A DNA stretch of 63,439 bases, filler included, from Vezdaea acicularis (taxonomy: Eukaryota), in NCBI GenBank assembly GCA_026025075.1. It is 4 parts of 4 records of this genome, joined end to end, with 100 filler letters (N's around TTAATTAATTAA, not from the genome) between each part and the next. Parts side by side here need not be neighbours in the genome. Positions count along the whole stretch, not along the records: positions 36,432 to 54,482 come from JAPEUI010000208.1; positions 54,583 to 63,439 come from JAPEUI010000268.1; 2 more parts are not named here. One strand, written 5' to 3'. The translations under genes were made by a program, and so were the position numbers. Below the pieces are notes generated by a model that saw only the letters and a program-made list of their open reading frames with translations, did not search any database and was not told the origin of the DNA. Position 1 is the stretch's first letter, and every line of letters begins with the position of its first letter. This document shows positions 50,480-63,439 of this stretch, one piece after another.

Positions 50480-51025
50480 TCTGAGGGTGTTGTTCTCGTA
50501 TGATTTCCTTGCTCATGAGAAGTAGCGGTACTAAGCTGTCAAGAAGGCAAACAGGCCGAACTGAATTCTCATGCAATGTTGTTCATACGAGCTCTTGATC
50601 CTGGTCCCAGATCATGCGGAGAAGCTCGGTTTGCCGAGCTGCATGCGTCGGCCCCCCCCACTGGTAGTGGAGTAGCTGGAAAGGTGCGAGCTCCAAATTG
50701 TCCAATTAGCGATGAGCATAGCGAACGTGCTCGGGTGACTGTCTCAAAGGAGCAACTGCATCAAACATTATGCTTAACCCAACCCAGAAGTGTGTTGATT
50801 CGCCTTCGACATTATCACCTTCTTCAAGATTCATCTTGATCGAGCAAGCGGTATCTTATGAGGCATGCTATTGAAGCTAATATAACAAGTGGGTAAAAAC
50901 TACAGCTCCCCAAAGGATTTCCGTTCTCGCCACAAATGCAATGACCCAATTGATGCTCTCACCGTCTATGATCCACCACCCTACATCAACCTCTGCTCCT
51001 CTTTCCACCAAATTAAAGTAATAAT

Positions 51026-52131
51026 TCAGACAAGTTCAGAGGTGACGTTCGAGAATTCACCCTTCTCTAGTTTCGTCTTCCAGAATATTGGGTTGGTATC
51101 CTGTAATTGTCAGTAAGTTGGCCACCACAGCGAAAATCCTATGGCTTACGTTGAATCCGTGCTTGACCCAACCACTTTCCTTGACATGATACAGGTTGAT
51201 GTAGCCACCAGAGTAAGCATCTCTGTGTGTTGCCGCGAGGATACTTCTCCGACCAAGTTCTAAGGCGTCCTCCTCGCTCAAATCATAATGGTACTCAGCA
51301 TCCAAGACACCGTACGCAAAGGTTTGTCCAGAACCAACGCAGAACAGATTGCCTGCTAGGCGTGTTCCATCGGAGTCGATATAGTAAAGAGCGGGCCCTT
51401 CTTGGGGAGTGACGCCAGCGCACATAGTACCCTTTGAACAGTTAAACTTGAGTAAGACTTGAAGGCGCGTGAGACAGCTAACCATACTAAGCCCCATTCC
51501 CTTATATGAGTAGACAAGATTGGCCAGGATCTTCGAGGCAGCTGCGACAGAGATACGGCGCTTGTGACGAAGTTCGTGGAGGCGACATTGCATGCCCAAG
51601 TATGCCAGCCAGTATTGACAGTCCTATAACTCTGTCAGTGTTCTTAACCCCTTGCATGAATCTATAAAATGATATCGAACGCACCGCAGCACCTCCAGCC
51701 ATTGTTCCAAGCAAGGAATGATTGATTTCGATGACTTTCTTTACCGTTTGACTGGCAATCCAGTTTCCTGCTGTAGCTCTCGAGTCCGTGGCGACGATTA
51801 TACCGCCCTGAAACCTGAAAGCTAGTGTCGTAGTACCATGAGCGAGCTTGATAGGGCAGTTTGGATTCGAATAGTCATCTGTTGTTGCGCGAAGGAAGGC
51901 TGAAGGCTAGAGCGCGTGGAATTTTAGCAACGACGCCCCGTAAAGAAAGCGTACATGTGAAGCAAGTCAATTCAACCCAAAGACGATGAGAAGACTCACT
52001 CTAGCTACTGGAGGAAGCGCAAACTTCAGCGAAAGGGCAGGCGCAGGCTGATAAAGATCCATCTGCTCATCATCCGAGATGCCTTCCTCTTCATAAAGAG
52101 GCCGAGCGTATCGTGCTACAAGGGTATCCAT
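51026..52131 (-). CDS. PRE2: 20S proteasome beta-5 subunit, multi-exon
   Basis: [29 protein letters not shown] propeptide cleavage site, [33 protein letters not shown]. Confidence 0.97.
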
Positions 52132-52618
52132 TATGAAACGAAGAGGTCTATGTGAGAAGAAGTAGGGTTGATTATGAGGGCTTGGGTGAAGTAGGAGGTG
52201 AAAGAGTGGCTTGGGTTGAAAGAGAGATGGACGAAAGTAAGAATGCTTCAGTTGGTCAATAGGGAAGCTCCAGCGAAGCTTCGTCAGAACGCGATTGCCT
52301 GCCGTAGCCGCTTCGCTGCACGTGACTAGTGGCGATATTCACCACGGCAGATATTTCGCGTAAACTCTTCCACGCAACACGTTCGTAAAAGTTTGCACGA
52401 GTCACTTTAGGCCTGAATCTTGATCGTAGAGATAATCGACTTGGACTATTGTACAGAGATATGGAAGGGACACGGGGCAACCAAGAACGACTTTAAAGAA
52501 AGAGCACAGCTAAGGACATAAGACATAGGGAACACGTCAACCGCAAGCCAAGGAGAATCTAGCACAGCTCAAATTTGAGGGTATTGTCGTAATTGACGAG
52601 CGCAAGATCTCATTGCAT

Positions 52619-53737
52619 CTACGCTGCAACCGAGGGCTCCTCAGTGGCAGCTGAACCTGATGTAGTCTCCGGAACTGATGTGTGGCTCGTACCTATAGGA
52701 CTCTCTGTCTTCTCCGCGGCCGGCATTAGGTTAGACTCGATCTGATCCCCAGCACTTTGCACTGGTTCAATATCAAGTTGCCACTCGCGAAGGTCCTCTT
52801 CGGCATCATTGATGATCTGGCGAGCTTCAGCACCCTGTGCGAATGTAGGGCACGCATCTCCAGGCACGACTGGGGTATCATCGAGGAGATTCAGAAGACG
52901 GCGGCCATGCTTGGCAAGGATGATCTGCTTCTCCGCACGCTCGATAGTAGCGGCAAAGTTCATGTCGTAGGCTTCCTTGAGCTTTTGGCGTGTCTGAACC
53001 TACGATTAGTATTCCTAACATGAAAGGTAACCTTCTTGACACTTACCACGTTGGTAAGCTGCGCTTCAGCAACCAAATTCTCAGCTTCCGCTCGGACAAG
53101 CTCCTGCTCTAATTGCGCGACCTTAGGACTATTTGGCTCCTTGTACTTCAACTTCTGGATCTCATCCCCAATCTTGGATTTGTGATCGCGGCTTGGCTGC
53201 ACTGAGCTCTCGGTATTCCGTATTTGCTTCAGAACGCTACGGAAATCCTCCAGATTTTGAGCATATATATCCTCTTGCTCCCCTAGCTCTGCGAGTAGAA
53301 CGCCGATCTTGTCTGATATATCAGAGATTGCTTCATCACCTGTCTCTTCACCCCAGTCGGAGAGTTGGGATGCAATTGACTGATGTTCACGACCAGCAGT
53401 ATCGTAAGCAGCAATTACGGCATTTTCAGTCTTAATGAGCTTGAAAAGCTTCTTGCTGAGCTCGGGCTGGACCTGCCCGCGAAGGCTAGCGACGGTAAAA
53501 CGATGCTTAGAGCCGCTATGGTCCTTTCCCTTTGATCTCAACGAGAGACCACGGTTCCTACGCATTTCGTGAGCACAAGTGCAAATATGACTACTTGCTT
53601 AAATAAGGCAACAAAGAAAGGGTAGTCTTCTTGCTGCGTGGCCTGGGGTAAGTCCAAAGACCTGCAATGACTTCGAGACAATATAGTGTAATGAATTAGG
53701 GTTTGAGACGAAGGGCATGCTCATTCACTCACATCAT
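52619..53737 (-). CDS. pilB: Eisosome BAR protein of the Pil1/Lsp1 family (PilB-like), 3 exons
   Basis: QPELSKKLFKLIKTEN, LSDWGEET.D..ISDISDK, IRNTESSVQPSRDHK, LEQELVRAEAENLVAEAQL, LLNLLDDTPVVPGD. Confidence 0.9.
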
Positions 53738-54339
53738 CTTGGCAGCTTCTCTAAGATTGGTGCCTGAAAGTCATTAGTCCGTGTTGATGCATATGAGGCT
53801 TTAAGGAACGAGGGTAAACGTGATGCATCGCACGGTGTCTCACATGCGGTGAACCGCAGAGATGTAGGAACGCAAATGGTACTTACTAGAGCTTGAGGGC
53901 TGGACTATGCGAATCTTTAAACGGCCACGAGACTATACTATTGATTTAATGCTAGGAGTTCTCCGAGATTTTATCTGTACTATTTGAGGGGTAAGTGTAT
54001 GGGATAAGTTGGTTGCATGGGAGAAAATGATGCAAGCCCGTGTATTGCATCGGCGGCGTGAATCGGTAATCGACGTCATCGCGCAGTCGACGGCTCTAGA
54101 CCACGCTTTCCCCTTTGTCATTTTCATCGAGTCTACAGAACGCTCACCCTAAACTGGGCGACACATAATCAACCCCAACATTGGTCACCTTATCAGCATG
54201 AAACTTCGAAACTGATCATGCTTTTGTGTGTTTTTCATATTCTTAGGCTACACATTGCTGTTTAAGTGCGGCCAAAATTAGTCGAGGAACCAGCGCTGTC
54301 ATCTATCTCGTATTCTCTGGGTTCATGATAGTTGTAATA

Positions 54340-54482
54340 TAAGGTGCAGCTCTTTTAAGGTGCAGCTCTTTTAAGGTGCAGCTCTTTTAAGGTGCAGCTC
54401 TTTTAAGGTGCAGCTCTTTTAAGGTGCAGCTCTTTTAAGGTGCAGCTCTTTTAAGGTGCAGCTCTTTTAAGGTGCAGCTCTT
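54340..54482. repeat. Perfect 16-bp tandem repeat TAAGGTGCAGCTCTTT x~9, running into the gap
   Basis: Direct inspection. Confidence 0.96.
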
Positions 54483-54582
54483 NNNNNNNNNNNNNNNNNN
54501 NNNNNNNNNNNNNNNNNNNNNNNNNNTTAATTAATTAANNNNNNNNNNNNNNNNNNNNNNNNNNNNNNNNNNNNNNNNNNNN
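54483..54582. other. Artificial contig linker (N44-TTAATTAATTAA-N44)
   Basis: Same 100-nt spacer. Confidence 0.97.
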
Positions 54583-54870
54583 CTGTCACTGTCCGGTCCG
54601 ATGGCGAAGTCGACGATGCGTTTTCAGCAGCGTCCGTCAAGCAGAAGGCATCTCGAGAGCGTTGTTCGGTGATATAGGATCGCAGCTGCTGCTCGACCTG
54701 GTGGACGGTTTCCAGCAGAGGCGATCCCGTCGGATTCTTGGTGGCAGCGGGGCTGCATGGTACCGCTGCCTGCACATCCATGATGGAATCTATGGCCAGT
54801 TTCAAATCAATGCTTCCACTGTCGCTGTTAACATCGCTGGCGGCAAGAGGGTGAACAGAAGGATCGGTTC
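54583..54870 (-). CDS. Possible 5' fragment of a gene truncated by the gap
   Basis: Open frame ..DLKLAIDSIMDVQAAVPCSP..LETVHQVEQQLRSYITEQ running into the linker; no family recognised. Confidence 0.3.
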
Positions 54871-57800
54871 TCTGGAGAGGGCGTGTAGGAAGGAGTCCAA
54901 GATAGGATGCACGAGGTTAAAAGGGCGCGATGGCACGCATGAGGCAGTTGCGAGTGGGTGAGCGAAGTTCTACCAACGTGTCGCGGCGGACCAGGCTCGA
55001 CTCTCATACGCTGATGATGGGAGCGACAGGGTCCGCATGCAGCGATACGATAATAGTCGGCGGTCAGACAGTTCGTCGGTCGTGGGAAGGATTAGTCGGA
55101 CGAGACACAGAGAAATGCGAAAGGAGGGAGGGAGGAAGGGAGGGTGGGTGGAGGGGAGACTGGAGGGGAACTGGAAGGAGACTACGGCTGTTCGTCGAGA
55201 GTCGCACTGGTAAGGCGACGGATGCGGTCGTGTTCGTGGGTTTGCGGAGCGGTAGATGACGGTGGCAGTGGGTGGCATTGGCGGGCGGCGGTGGTGGGGG
55301 GAGCCCATGGGAAGTCGGAGGTGAGCGGGGCGCAGCAAGTGGGAGATCGATGACGGAACGGCGGGAGTGCCGGGGGCTCGCTGCCCTCTTCAGCCTTCTC
55401 GGACCCGTTTCATTGGCCGGCTCCTGTGGCTTCCATCGTCCGCCTTCCCGAGCCCGACCAGGCCGCCAGCTCGGTCGAACCCGACCTTATCGGTTCGAAG
55501 GCACGACTTGTTCGTGGACTGAAGCCAGCTGCGTTGCTTCACGATGCGTGCCACGGACAGTCGATAGCGATCGAGGATTGCGAGGAGCGGGGTAGCGCGG
55601 CGGTCCAGTCGAGGGCTCTGGAACGGACTGGGGACAGCTGCGCTATTGCTGGTGGTGCAGCGCAGACGGAGCGGGCGTGCGTGGCCGTCTCCTCCGCCGG
55701 CGCGAGTATCGGCCGCACGTTGTTGCGGTGTGCAAGTGACTTCGCTCCTCCTCCGCCGTCCTGCGCATCGGGTCCATGCACCGCGACCGACGGAATCTGC
55801 GCCAGGACATGGACCGCCCGGCATGGGACGAGGGAAAGGACGCAAACCGGTCGAGTGTTGGGCTAATGCGCCTGCACCGCCGTTGATTGGGCGGTGCGCA
55901 TGACGCTGGTGCGTCTCGTTGCATCGCGGTTGCATTCCACCACTCGACTAGCTTGCGGCGGTGAACCCGGGGGCTGGCACGAATGAAGCCGTTCCACCAG
56001 AAGGAATAATGGAACAATAGCCCTACGATGTGCCAGCTAGAGAGTTTCCGGAAGAATTGCAGCGTCGACATGACCGCCGGAGCAACATCAGGCGGGGTTG
56101 CTCGTTACCATGACAGACGGCGACCTGGGACGGAGCGAGGAGCATCACGGCTGACCTTTCCGTGACTGTGGCATGGCTCGTTCGTGGCTGATGCGATGTA
56201 ACCTCTCTTCCGAAACGGTGCGTGCCAGTCGCGCTATCTTTTGCTTGCCGCCAGCCTTCTTGTAGTATTCGCAATTTGTTTCCACTTTGCGCCCTTCGTA
56301 GCTGAGAGGATCCTAAGAATATGATGTGGGCGATGGGAGAGGCTCCCATGGCTGCGAAGGACGAGCAGAGCTGATATTCACCGATTCGAGGATAAGGCCA
56401 GTTCCCTCTTGCGGTTCAGCTACGGTAGAATCACTTATTCTTCAACCACGATTGCGTCGAAAACAACCCGAAATGAACAGGCTAGTGTAGTGACCGTAAG
56501 GAGAAGCTCTCAAACAAGCAATGCTTCTAGCGGCCGTGTGTTCGCAGACGTGCAGTCGGCTGATACTGCACCAGCTCCCGTCGCCCTGTGAGTTTGCGGG
56601 TTTTTCGCCAAAAATAGCACGCGATTAGTCTCGTTTGACCGTCTGACACTCGAAACCCTCAGTGCTTTTTCTTTTCTTCAAGCTCGACACATCGACAAAG
56701 TGATTGGGGCTTGAACGAGGTACTGTCGGCCTGTAAGCGTTGATACTCCTGGGATGCATTGCCTTTTCTGGATCTCTTACCCCTGGCTAGCCGTTCGTTC
56801 TCCAAACCCCCGGCTTACGGATTGCATAAACCACGGTGGAATATCCATTTTGTGATGATGACTCTAAAGTTAGCGATATAATCTCTATGCCTGCCTGGTG
56901 CGACAAGCCCCTGTCCCCATCCGTGGCTCCGGAAAGGTGAAGAAGGCTACGTGAATCGGATAGCCCCATGGATGGGCTGCCGTTCCGTTTCCTCGGGTTT
57001 CTTCCGCAAGGCGCAAGCATTGTGCTTCGATTGTGTACGTTTCATGTTGCAGAGCATCGTTGTTCATTTGAATTCTGCTGTCCGTGGAAACATCAGATCA
57101 TTTCATTCGAGTTGATATTATTATAAAGCGGACTTCAATCAACTGGACGAGGTAAAGGATGATTGAGATTGAGGACCTTGTGAGCACGTGACCGGCCATT
57201 CAGAAGGACAGAATTTCCCCTCCAACGATTGCGTTTAACTGTTGAAGGCCAGTAATACTATCAGGTACACGCTGACTTCATCTTGCTGTCATACCTTGAA
57301 ATGCCGAGGATCACTCCCACGATTGCCGAAATGCTTGTGCTGGCGGATTCCTCTTGTTGGTATGATGAATCCGGAGATCTCAGGACGATGTAAGTATTCA
57401 ATGGGACCGAGTCCACACAGAGGCCCTCTCGGTAGTTCCTTCCTGAGAGATGACATCCGTTAACTCCAGGGGTAAAAACCTGTATGGAGCAAGGGGTACG
57501 GGGGGGTGCCTTTACCTGTTGTCACTCTTAGTATACTCTGGAAGTGGCTCTCAGTGGCGAGGCTTGATTGGGAAAGAGCGAACACTGTGTGCTATCTACG
57601 CGCGATGCCACGCTATCTCGAGACTGTCTTGAAGTCGCCTGACTCAAAAAATATCCACCACCTAGGCTACGCTTCGAAAGTCCTGAAGACGAGGCCGCCA
57701 TCATAGGTAGTGGAAACGGCTCCAAGGCCAAGGCCGGGGATAATCCTTCCAATGGGGAATATTATGAGGTTTGGATCAGACCAGACTCCATTTTGGTGAA

Positions 57801-58461
57801 ACATTAACCGAAAAAAAAGAGGGAAGTTCCTTTTGTAGCTCTCAGCTTAGATTCTTTAAATATGCAACATCTTGCATAATGGCCTCACATATTCCTTCTG
57901 CATTCATATGCGTAGTTCGTGGCCTCACCTAGCCCCTTGACCTTAAAGTCGAGGAATGGATTCACCAAAAACACATACAACAAAGCAGCTCTATAGATCT
58001 AAATCTGATTGACTTTAGGTTGCAACAGCATCTCACACGGGAGTCCCGGGGAGGCCCTCCTTGAAGCTTCAAATGGGGAATACGCAACCCACAGTCAAGC
58101 TTACGCCCCTGTTCTGTCCTGTACCATCTTCGGTAGAATACTCTGAAGCTGAACCCGATTGCTGCATCCTAATTCCAAAACGATTCCATGGACAGATGTG
58201 ATCAAGGCCATACTCAAGAATCCAGATATATTCGACCTTCTCCAATCTACACAAAGGGGGTTTCAAAACAACGTTGAACTATCTGAAGTGGCGTCTATGG
58301 AGCTAAGATACGGCCTACGGCGGACGAGAATGGAAACCCGCTTCTAGAGGGGCGAGACGGTAAGATCTAGACCTGTCAATATCACGAACTCAATGCTGCC
58401 ACCACAATCTCAAAAAACCAAACTCCACGTGGATCCCCCACCCAAATTCTGGGCGATACCC

Positions 58462-58887
58462 TCAACCCTCCAAGCCGTGGGACTCCACGACATCAGATGT
58501 CCCCTTCTTACCATTCTCATCCTCCTTCCCTGGCGGCGGTTTGAAGATCTTGATCGGTGGCTCATATGGCTCTTCAACAACGATCCAGTCCAATTCCTCA
58601 GGAGTCGCCTCCTCACTCTTCCCCTCTTTCCCCTTCTTCTTCTTATTATCAAAGGCCCTCCTTTTGCGTTTCTTGGGGACAGGTCGTTCCCACACTCTCC
58701 AGATTGGCGTCTGCTCTGGACCGTTGAACGCGGAGACGGCCTCTAGGATCGGCGAGACCCTTTCTGGGCTCGTGAGGCTGGGAGTTCCAGATGGCTTGGC
58801 CACGGGTGGGGACACTGCACCGACGCCAGTGCTGGCCTTTCTGGATGGGTGAGCGGCTAGGAATGGTCGGGGTTCTTGAAGGGGCAT
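58462..58887 (-). CDS. Hypothetical 141-aa protein with a basic NLS-like patch
   Basis: ATG-started ORF with PKKRKRR..KKKK and protein-like composition; no family recognised. Confidence 0.35.
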   Translation of the reverse strand: MPLQEPRPFLAAHPSRKASTGVGAVSPPVAKPSGTPSLTSPERVSPILEAVSAFNGPEQTPIWRVWERPVPKKRKRRAFDNKKKKGKEGKSEEATPEELDWIVVEEPYEPPIKIFKPPPGKEDENGKKGTSDVVESHGLEG

Positions 58888-59135
58888 TTACTGGGATGTC
58901 TAGGTTAAGAGACGTGGTCTTGATACTTGGTAGACGGGTTGTAGGGTTCGAACAGTGGCAACTTGATAATTATACACCGCTCTCCACGAGTGAATTCGAG
59001 GCTGCAACACCCTTTTCGCGTATGTTGATGGCAACTCCGATTATTCACTTCAAGGTGTATTCACTTCAAGCTATTTCATCACCTAGATGTCCCCACGACA
59101 CAAATTCACATACGATGCGGTGCCGAAGCCCATCC

Positions 59136-59370
59136 TAGACATAGAACCGGAAAAACCCTGCGCCGAGTGATCCAACTTACCCATAACACTAATGCCGCTT
59201 TTCTTGTCACTCATAGACATAGCACTAGGAAACCCTTACGTGGAGCGATCTAGCTGTCCACCACAATGATGCCGCTCTCTTGTAATTTCTAGAAATAGCA
59301 TCAGGAAGAATCCTGCGTCGAGTGATCTAGCTGCCATCACAGTGATGCCGCTTTTCCTCGTCATCTCCAG
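59136..59370. repeat. Degenerate ~77-bp tandem repeat x3
   Basis: Units start TAGACATAG (59136), TAGACATAG (59214) and TAGAAATAG (59290); each contains GAGYGATCY and ATGCCGCTYTY. Confidence 0.75.
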
Positions 59371-61903
59371 CTACATCCCGTGTTTTCATCACATCCGATC
59401 CGACAGCTTTCGGGAACCCGTCTTCGGCATATCTCTTTCCTTGAGAGGTTTTGTTGGGGACGAGCTTACGGGCCGGTTGGGGATAGCCCGTCCTCCCGTC
59501 ACTGAGAATATCATCATATTCGGGAGGATCGGCCAAGATATCTAGGCCCCCGGGAGGGGAGGGGGTCGTCGAGTCGGAGCAAAACTTCGCGACCCGGGAG
59601 GACGGAAGATTAAAGAACCTGACGATCCCAGCCACTTTGACGTATGTCGTGTGGAGGAACGTGGGAAATGACCCAATCTGTCGCACTCATCGATCCTGGC
59701 TAGTACGAGTGACACCAAGAAAAGAAGAACTCCACAATGATCGTCCGGCGCCGTTTCACCCATAGCGTGTGTGCCTGTCAGAGGAAAAAAAGATCATCGG
59801 CAATTGATTTTCCTTTCTTGGCATGGCCAATCATAGGTCGATCGCGCACGAAGCGAGAAATTAAATCACCCAATCACCACCCGTCAGAGCTGGATTGCCG
59901 TGCTGATCACCGCACGCGGCTTGTAAAGAGCCGAATCATCGGGACGCCGATGATCAGCCCTTCCGATTCCCTTTTCGGGTGTATAAAAAACACGGGTCAG
60001 GTATGGGATGTTTCGGAGGGCTGAATTCTCGCAATGGGGACGGCGCTTCATTCTCCCCGCGACCCCAGAAGCGCAATCGATATCGAAAGCAGGGCATCGC
60101 GATGGTGGACGGTGGCGCTATGGGGAAGGTGTCTCGACGACCAGTCTTTTCGCCAGCCCTAATCTCGTACATCGCGGAGATAGTCGCACGGAGAATTGTC
60201 GAAGCATCAGGGAGGGGGGCTCTGCCTCATGCGTGTAATCAACACGGCCGCATCGGGAAGGCCAGGCCAGAGGAGAGGAGGGGGAGCGGGCGGACAAAGT
60301 CACGGTGCGCGATTTCTAGGCGGATGGCCTCGCTGCTGCGCCTCGCCCGCCAGGCCAACACCATCTCGATGGTGAGGTTGAAAGCAGTCACGTTCTTCGG
60401 CTGTCGACGAATCTCTTCATACCGTACGAGCTTTTGCCTCCAGCGCCAGCGCCCTTTCGGCGTATGGAAAAGTTAAAAGATGGTGTGCGTTGTGAGGGGC
60501 CCCACGCTAGGGCCGCTGGCCGGTGCCCGAGGACGTTTGGACGCGTTTGGGTCGAGTTCGAGCTCGTCACGCCACGGTGAATTCTCTGATACGGCACGAT
60601 TAAGCCTGTTGACAGCGGCGGCGGTCGAGCGAAGAAAGGGCCGAGTGGAGGGCGCTCTGAGATATAACGGCGGGATCTGCTCTGCTTCATCTAGCGCGGG
60701 GCATCTCCGGACTGCGAGATACCTTCCTGACTTTCCCTTCCACGACGCATCTGGCTAGACCCGTGGGCTGTCTTGGCGAAAACGCAACCTCTCCACTCCG
60801 CGCTCGTGTTTGATTGATCTTCCTCCATCCGAGCTGCCAGAGCCTCCAGGAGGCCCGCGACGAGTTGCCCTCTTCCCCCTTTCCCCCGAGACCGAAGACA
60901 GCAATGGGACTGCGATTGCGTCCTGGTCGACTGGTGGATCAAGCGCTCGTGGGGGAGAAGATGACGAGGGCGGGGGAGCGGGGATGTCGAAGGTGCTGGC
61001 CAAGGGCGAGTGGAGTGATCGCAAGGCACACAGGAGCGAAAACGGCAAAGGCCGAGCTGATCGCGCTCCGGCCACGGCCAGTCGCTTCACGTCTCCGCCA
61101 ACCCTCTCCGACCGCAGTCCGGGGCGCGAGCGAATGGCGAGCGGACTAAGAAGCGTGAGCGTCGCCCGGTTAGGCGGGTGAGGTCATTCACGTCGCTCGC
61201 CTCACTTCTGCTCACTGGCCGCCGTGCGCCCGCGGTTCATCGCGACGTGCAGGGGGGGGCCGTCTGGTCGTGGTGTCGTGCAGCACTCGACGCCCGGGCA
61301 CCACGTACGAGCGCCGACGCTCTTGCGACCCTCGACCGCGGGAGCGCTCCACCCACTCGCGGGCCCGGCGGAACGGCCGAAGGAAAAAGGAAGGGGCCAC
61401 CCTCGGGCACCGTCCCTCTCCGACCCACCCCCCAGCCGTCCCCATCGCGCAGCGCTTTCCTGCTCCGGTTGGGAGACGCAAGACGCACGCCTCGTCACCC
61501 TTGCAAGTGGGTGCTTGATAGAGGCGGATGGGCTGGCCGCCTCTCGCCGCCTAACATACATATTGCGAACCATCTTCCCTCATTCAGCCCATATCGACGG
61601 TTGTGCCTTCTTAACCAAACCAGACGTCCATCCTTCCAGTCATCGACCTCGACCTCATCGCGGTCCATGATCCGACCCGCAACTCAACAACACTCCCCCT
61701 TAATACAGATCTTCACACGAAAGCAATCACTAATCACTAATCCAACCTGACCAACAGCCCATCGACCGTTGACTTTACGGAACTGGAACCACGGATCTGG
61801 CAAGGCTTTCACCGCTTTCGGAGTATCCAGAGAAAACAGACGACGGAGGCCTTCACCAGGACGAGGCCTTCACTTGGCGGGCGCTCCTATAAAAAAGGTC
61901 AAC

Positions 61904-63439
61904 ATGGCCAACTCGACGAGAGACGCGGCGCTGGAAGCGATCAAGCAGACCTTAAGGCAGGAGCGGCAACGGTTCTTCAGTGAACGCCCATTTCTTTCGG
62001 ACGCGGAGCGGAACTTGGCCTGGGAAAAGCGACAAACTCAACTCCTTGCCGAAGTCCGACCTCAAACGCAAACACAGAACTCGTTCGGGAATGGCACCCG
62101 CCAACCGCTTTCTTCGGTATGCAGTGAGAGCCCTATCGAGATTTGGTCCATTAACTAACAACCAAAGGCTTCTTTGACGACTGACCTTGACCGATTCCGG
62201 AATGAGTCTCAGCATTCGGCACCGGCGATGAATCGGATGGGGTCCGGCTTCTCCTCCATGTCGGGCAACTCGAGGCTGGGGATATCGAGCACGAGCGCCG
62301 ATAGCGCGGTGCCGCGAATATTCTCACATTCGCGAAACCTACGCGATGGCTGGGAAATGGGAGCAGAGGTAAACGCGCCATACTTTGGCTCCGCGTCATC
62401 ACATTCGATGCAACGGGAGTCCTCCTTTCCCCAGCGACCCGTACCCTCGGACAATGTCGTCACTTACGATCCGACGGAATACATCATCAAGAACTGCAAT
62501 GAATCTGTCCCGGTCTTTCTCACGCCATCACCGACTCTCACTGGCCAGCCGCAGCAGCTACTCGAGGAACGGAATATGTTAGGGTTACCACTATCTCCGA
62601 TTTACTCTCAACATGGCCAGATGACTCCATCGACACCGACCCTAACCTACAGCCCTGGATCCGGGCCCACCGACATGGCTAGAGGCGAGAGTATGACGAG
62701 CTTTATCGACGCCTTTGATATGGCACGCCTCAACTCCAACAACGACATGTCCAGTTTCGATATGAATGCCGACATTACGTATAAGAATAGCCAGTCATCG
62801 ATGACTTACGACTTGGACGGTCTAAAGTACATCGGAGGCGGCGCTTCAGACACCTTCAAGGAGAGCTATTCGCACACGCACACGGCTTTAGCATCGCATC
62901 ACACCTCCATGGAACGCAGCGAGTCGATTGAAAGTACCGCTTCTAATCGATCGGCGAGGCGACTGGCTGAAACCAACTTACGTGGATCCAAAACAATCCT
63001 CGTAGCTAAAGAAGACCCAAGCGCTAAAGCGCAAGCCAAAGCGAACGACAACGGACCACCTGCCCCTGAGGAGGGCGCCAAGGCGATATCCAAACAGCCC
63101 TACACCCGACCGGTCCATGAAAAACTGCATTGCCAGCATTGCAACGAGAGGGAAGAAGGGTTCAAGGGGCAGCATGAACTCTCTAGACACATGGCGCGCA
63201 GGCATGCTTCAGACCGGATCACTTATGTGTGCGTCGACGGCGGGGCCCAGGCCATTAAGGACGGTGAAAAGCTACCGGCCGTCCCTCTCGACCGTTGTAA
63301 GAATTGCCGAGAGGGGAAAGAGTACGGGGTATACTACAATGCTGCCAGCCACCTGAGACGTGTCCACTTTGATCCTAATCCCCGTAAGGCCAACAAGGTC
63401 TCGAAGATCTCGGAGCGCGCTGGAAAAGCGGGCGGCTCG
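61904..63439 (+). CDS. KLAP1-like (key lime pathogenicity protein family) zinc-finger protein; runs off the window end
   Basis: Exon 61904-62116, intron to 62167, then a frame reaching CQHCNEREEGFKGQHELSRHMARRH..YVCV..CKNCREGKEYGVYYNAASHLRRVHF; exon 2 is missing from the ORF track because it has no stop in the window. Confidence 0.8.

Noticed and set aside
54340..54482. CRISPR-like array
   Set aside because: Head-to-tail repeats without spacers, eukaryotic context, no cas genes
54930..61750. Many overlapping 60-190-aa ORFs on both strands
   Set aside because: Expected in GC-rich intergenic or UTR sequence; Arg/Pro/Gly-rich with no recognisable domain or consistent splice pattern

Overview
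Left end of a chromosome of a filamentous ascomycete (Pezizomycotina-type: CCCTAA telomere, short GT-AG introns, a leashin-like gene). The window is four contigs joined by artificial 100-nt N/TTAATTAATTAA linkers. A ~10 kb subtelomeric accessory block follows the telomere, with all its genes on the minus strand. It holds a small spliced gene; a ~1,050-codon frame that joins a truncated TET/JBP-like 2OG-Fe(II) dioxygenase half-domain to an alpha-glutamyl/putrescinyl-thymine pyrophosphorylase (amino acid:DNA transferase)-like domain; a 230-bp minisatellite; and a ~1,210-codon uncharacterised frame. The two long frames are broken only by in-frame TGA codons, consistent with CpG deamination. The rest is mostly housekeeping genes: IML2, SEM1, PGK1, Mpv17/PMP22, ERG24, an M6P-receptor-like gene, RIM2, SNX3, DCAF11-like WD40, CPSF6-like RRM, a leashin C-terminal part, VTC4, PRE2, PilB and a KLAP1-like zinc-finger gene. 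There is also a 741-aa secreted Kex2-processed repeat protein. The best candidates for new biology are the subtelomeric DNA-base-modification cassette and the Kex2 multi-peptide precursor. All family assignments come from motif recognition by eye; no database search was run.
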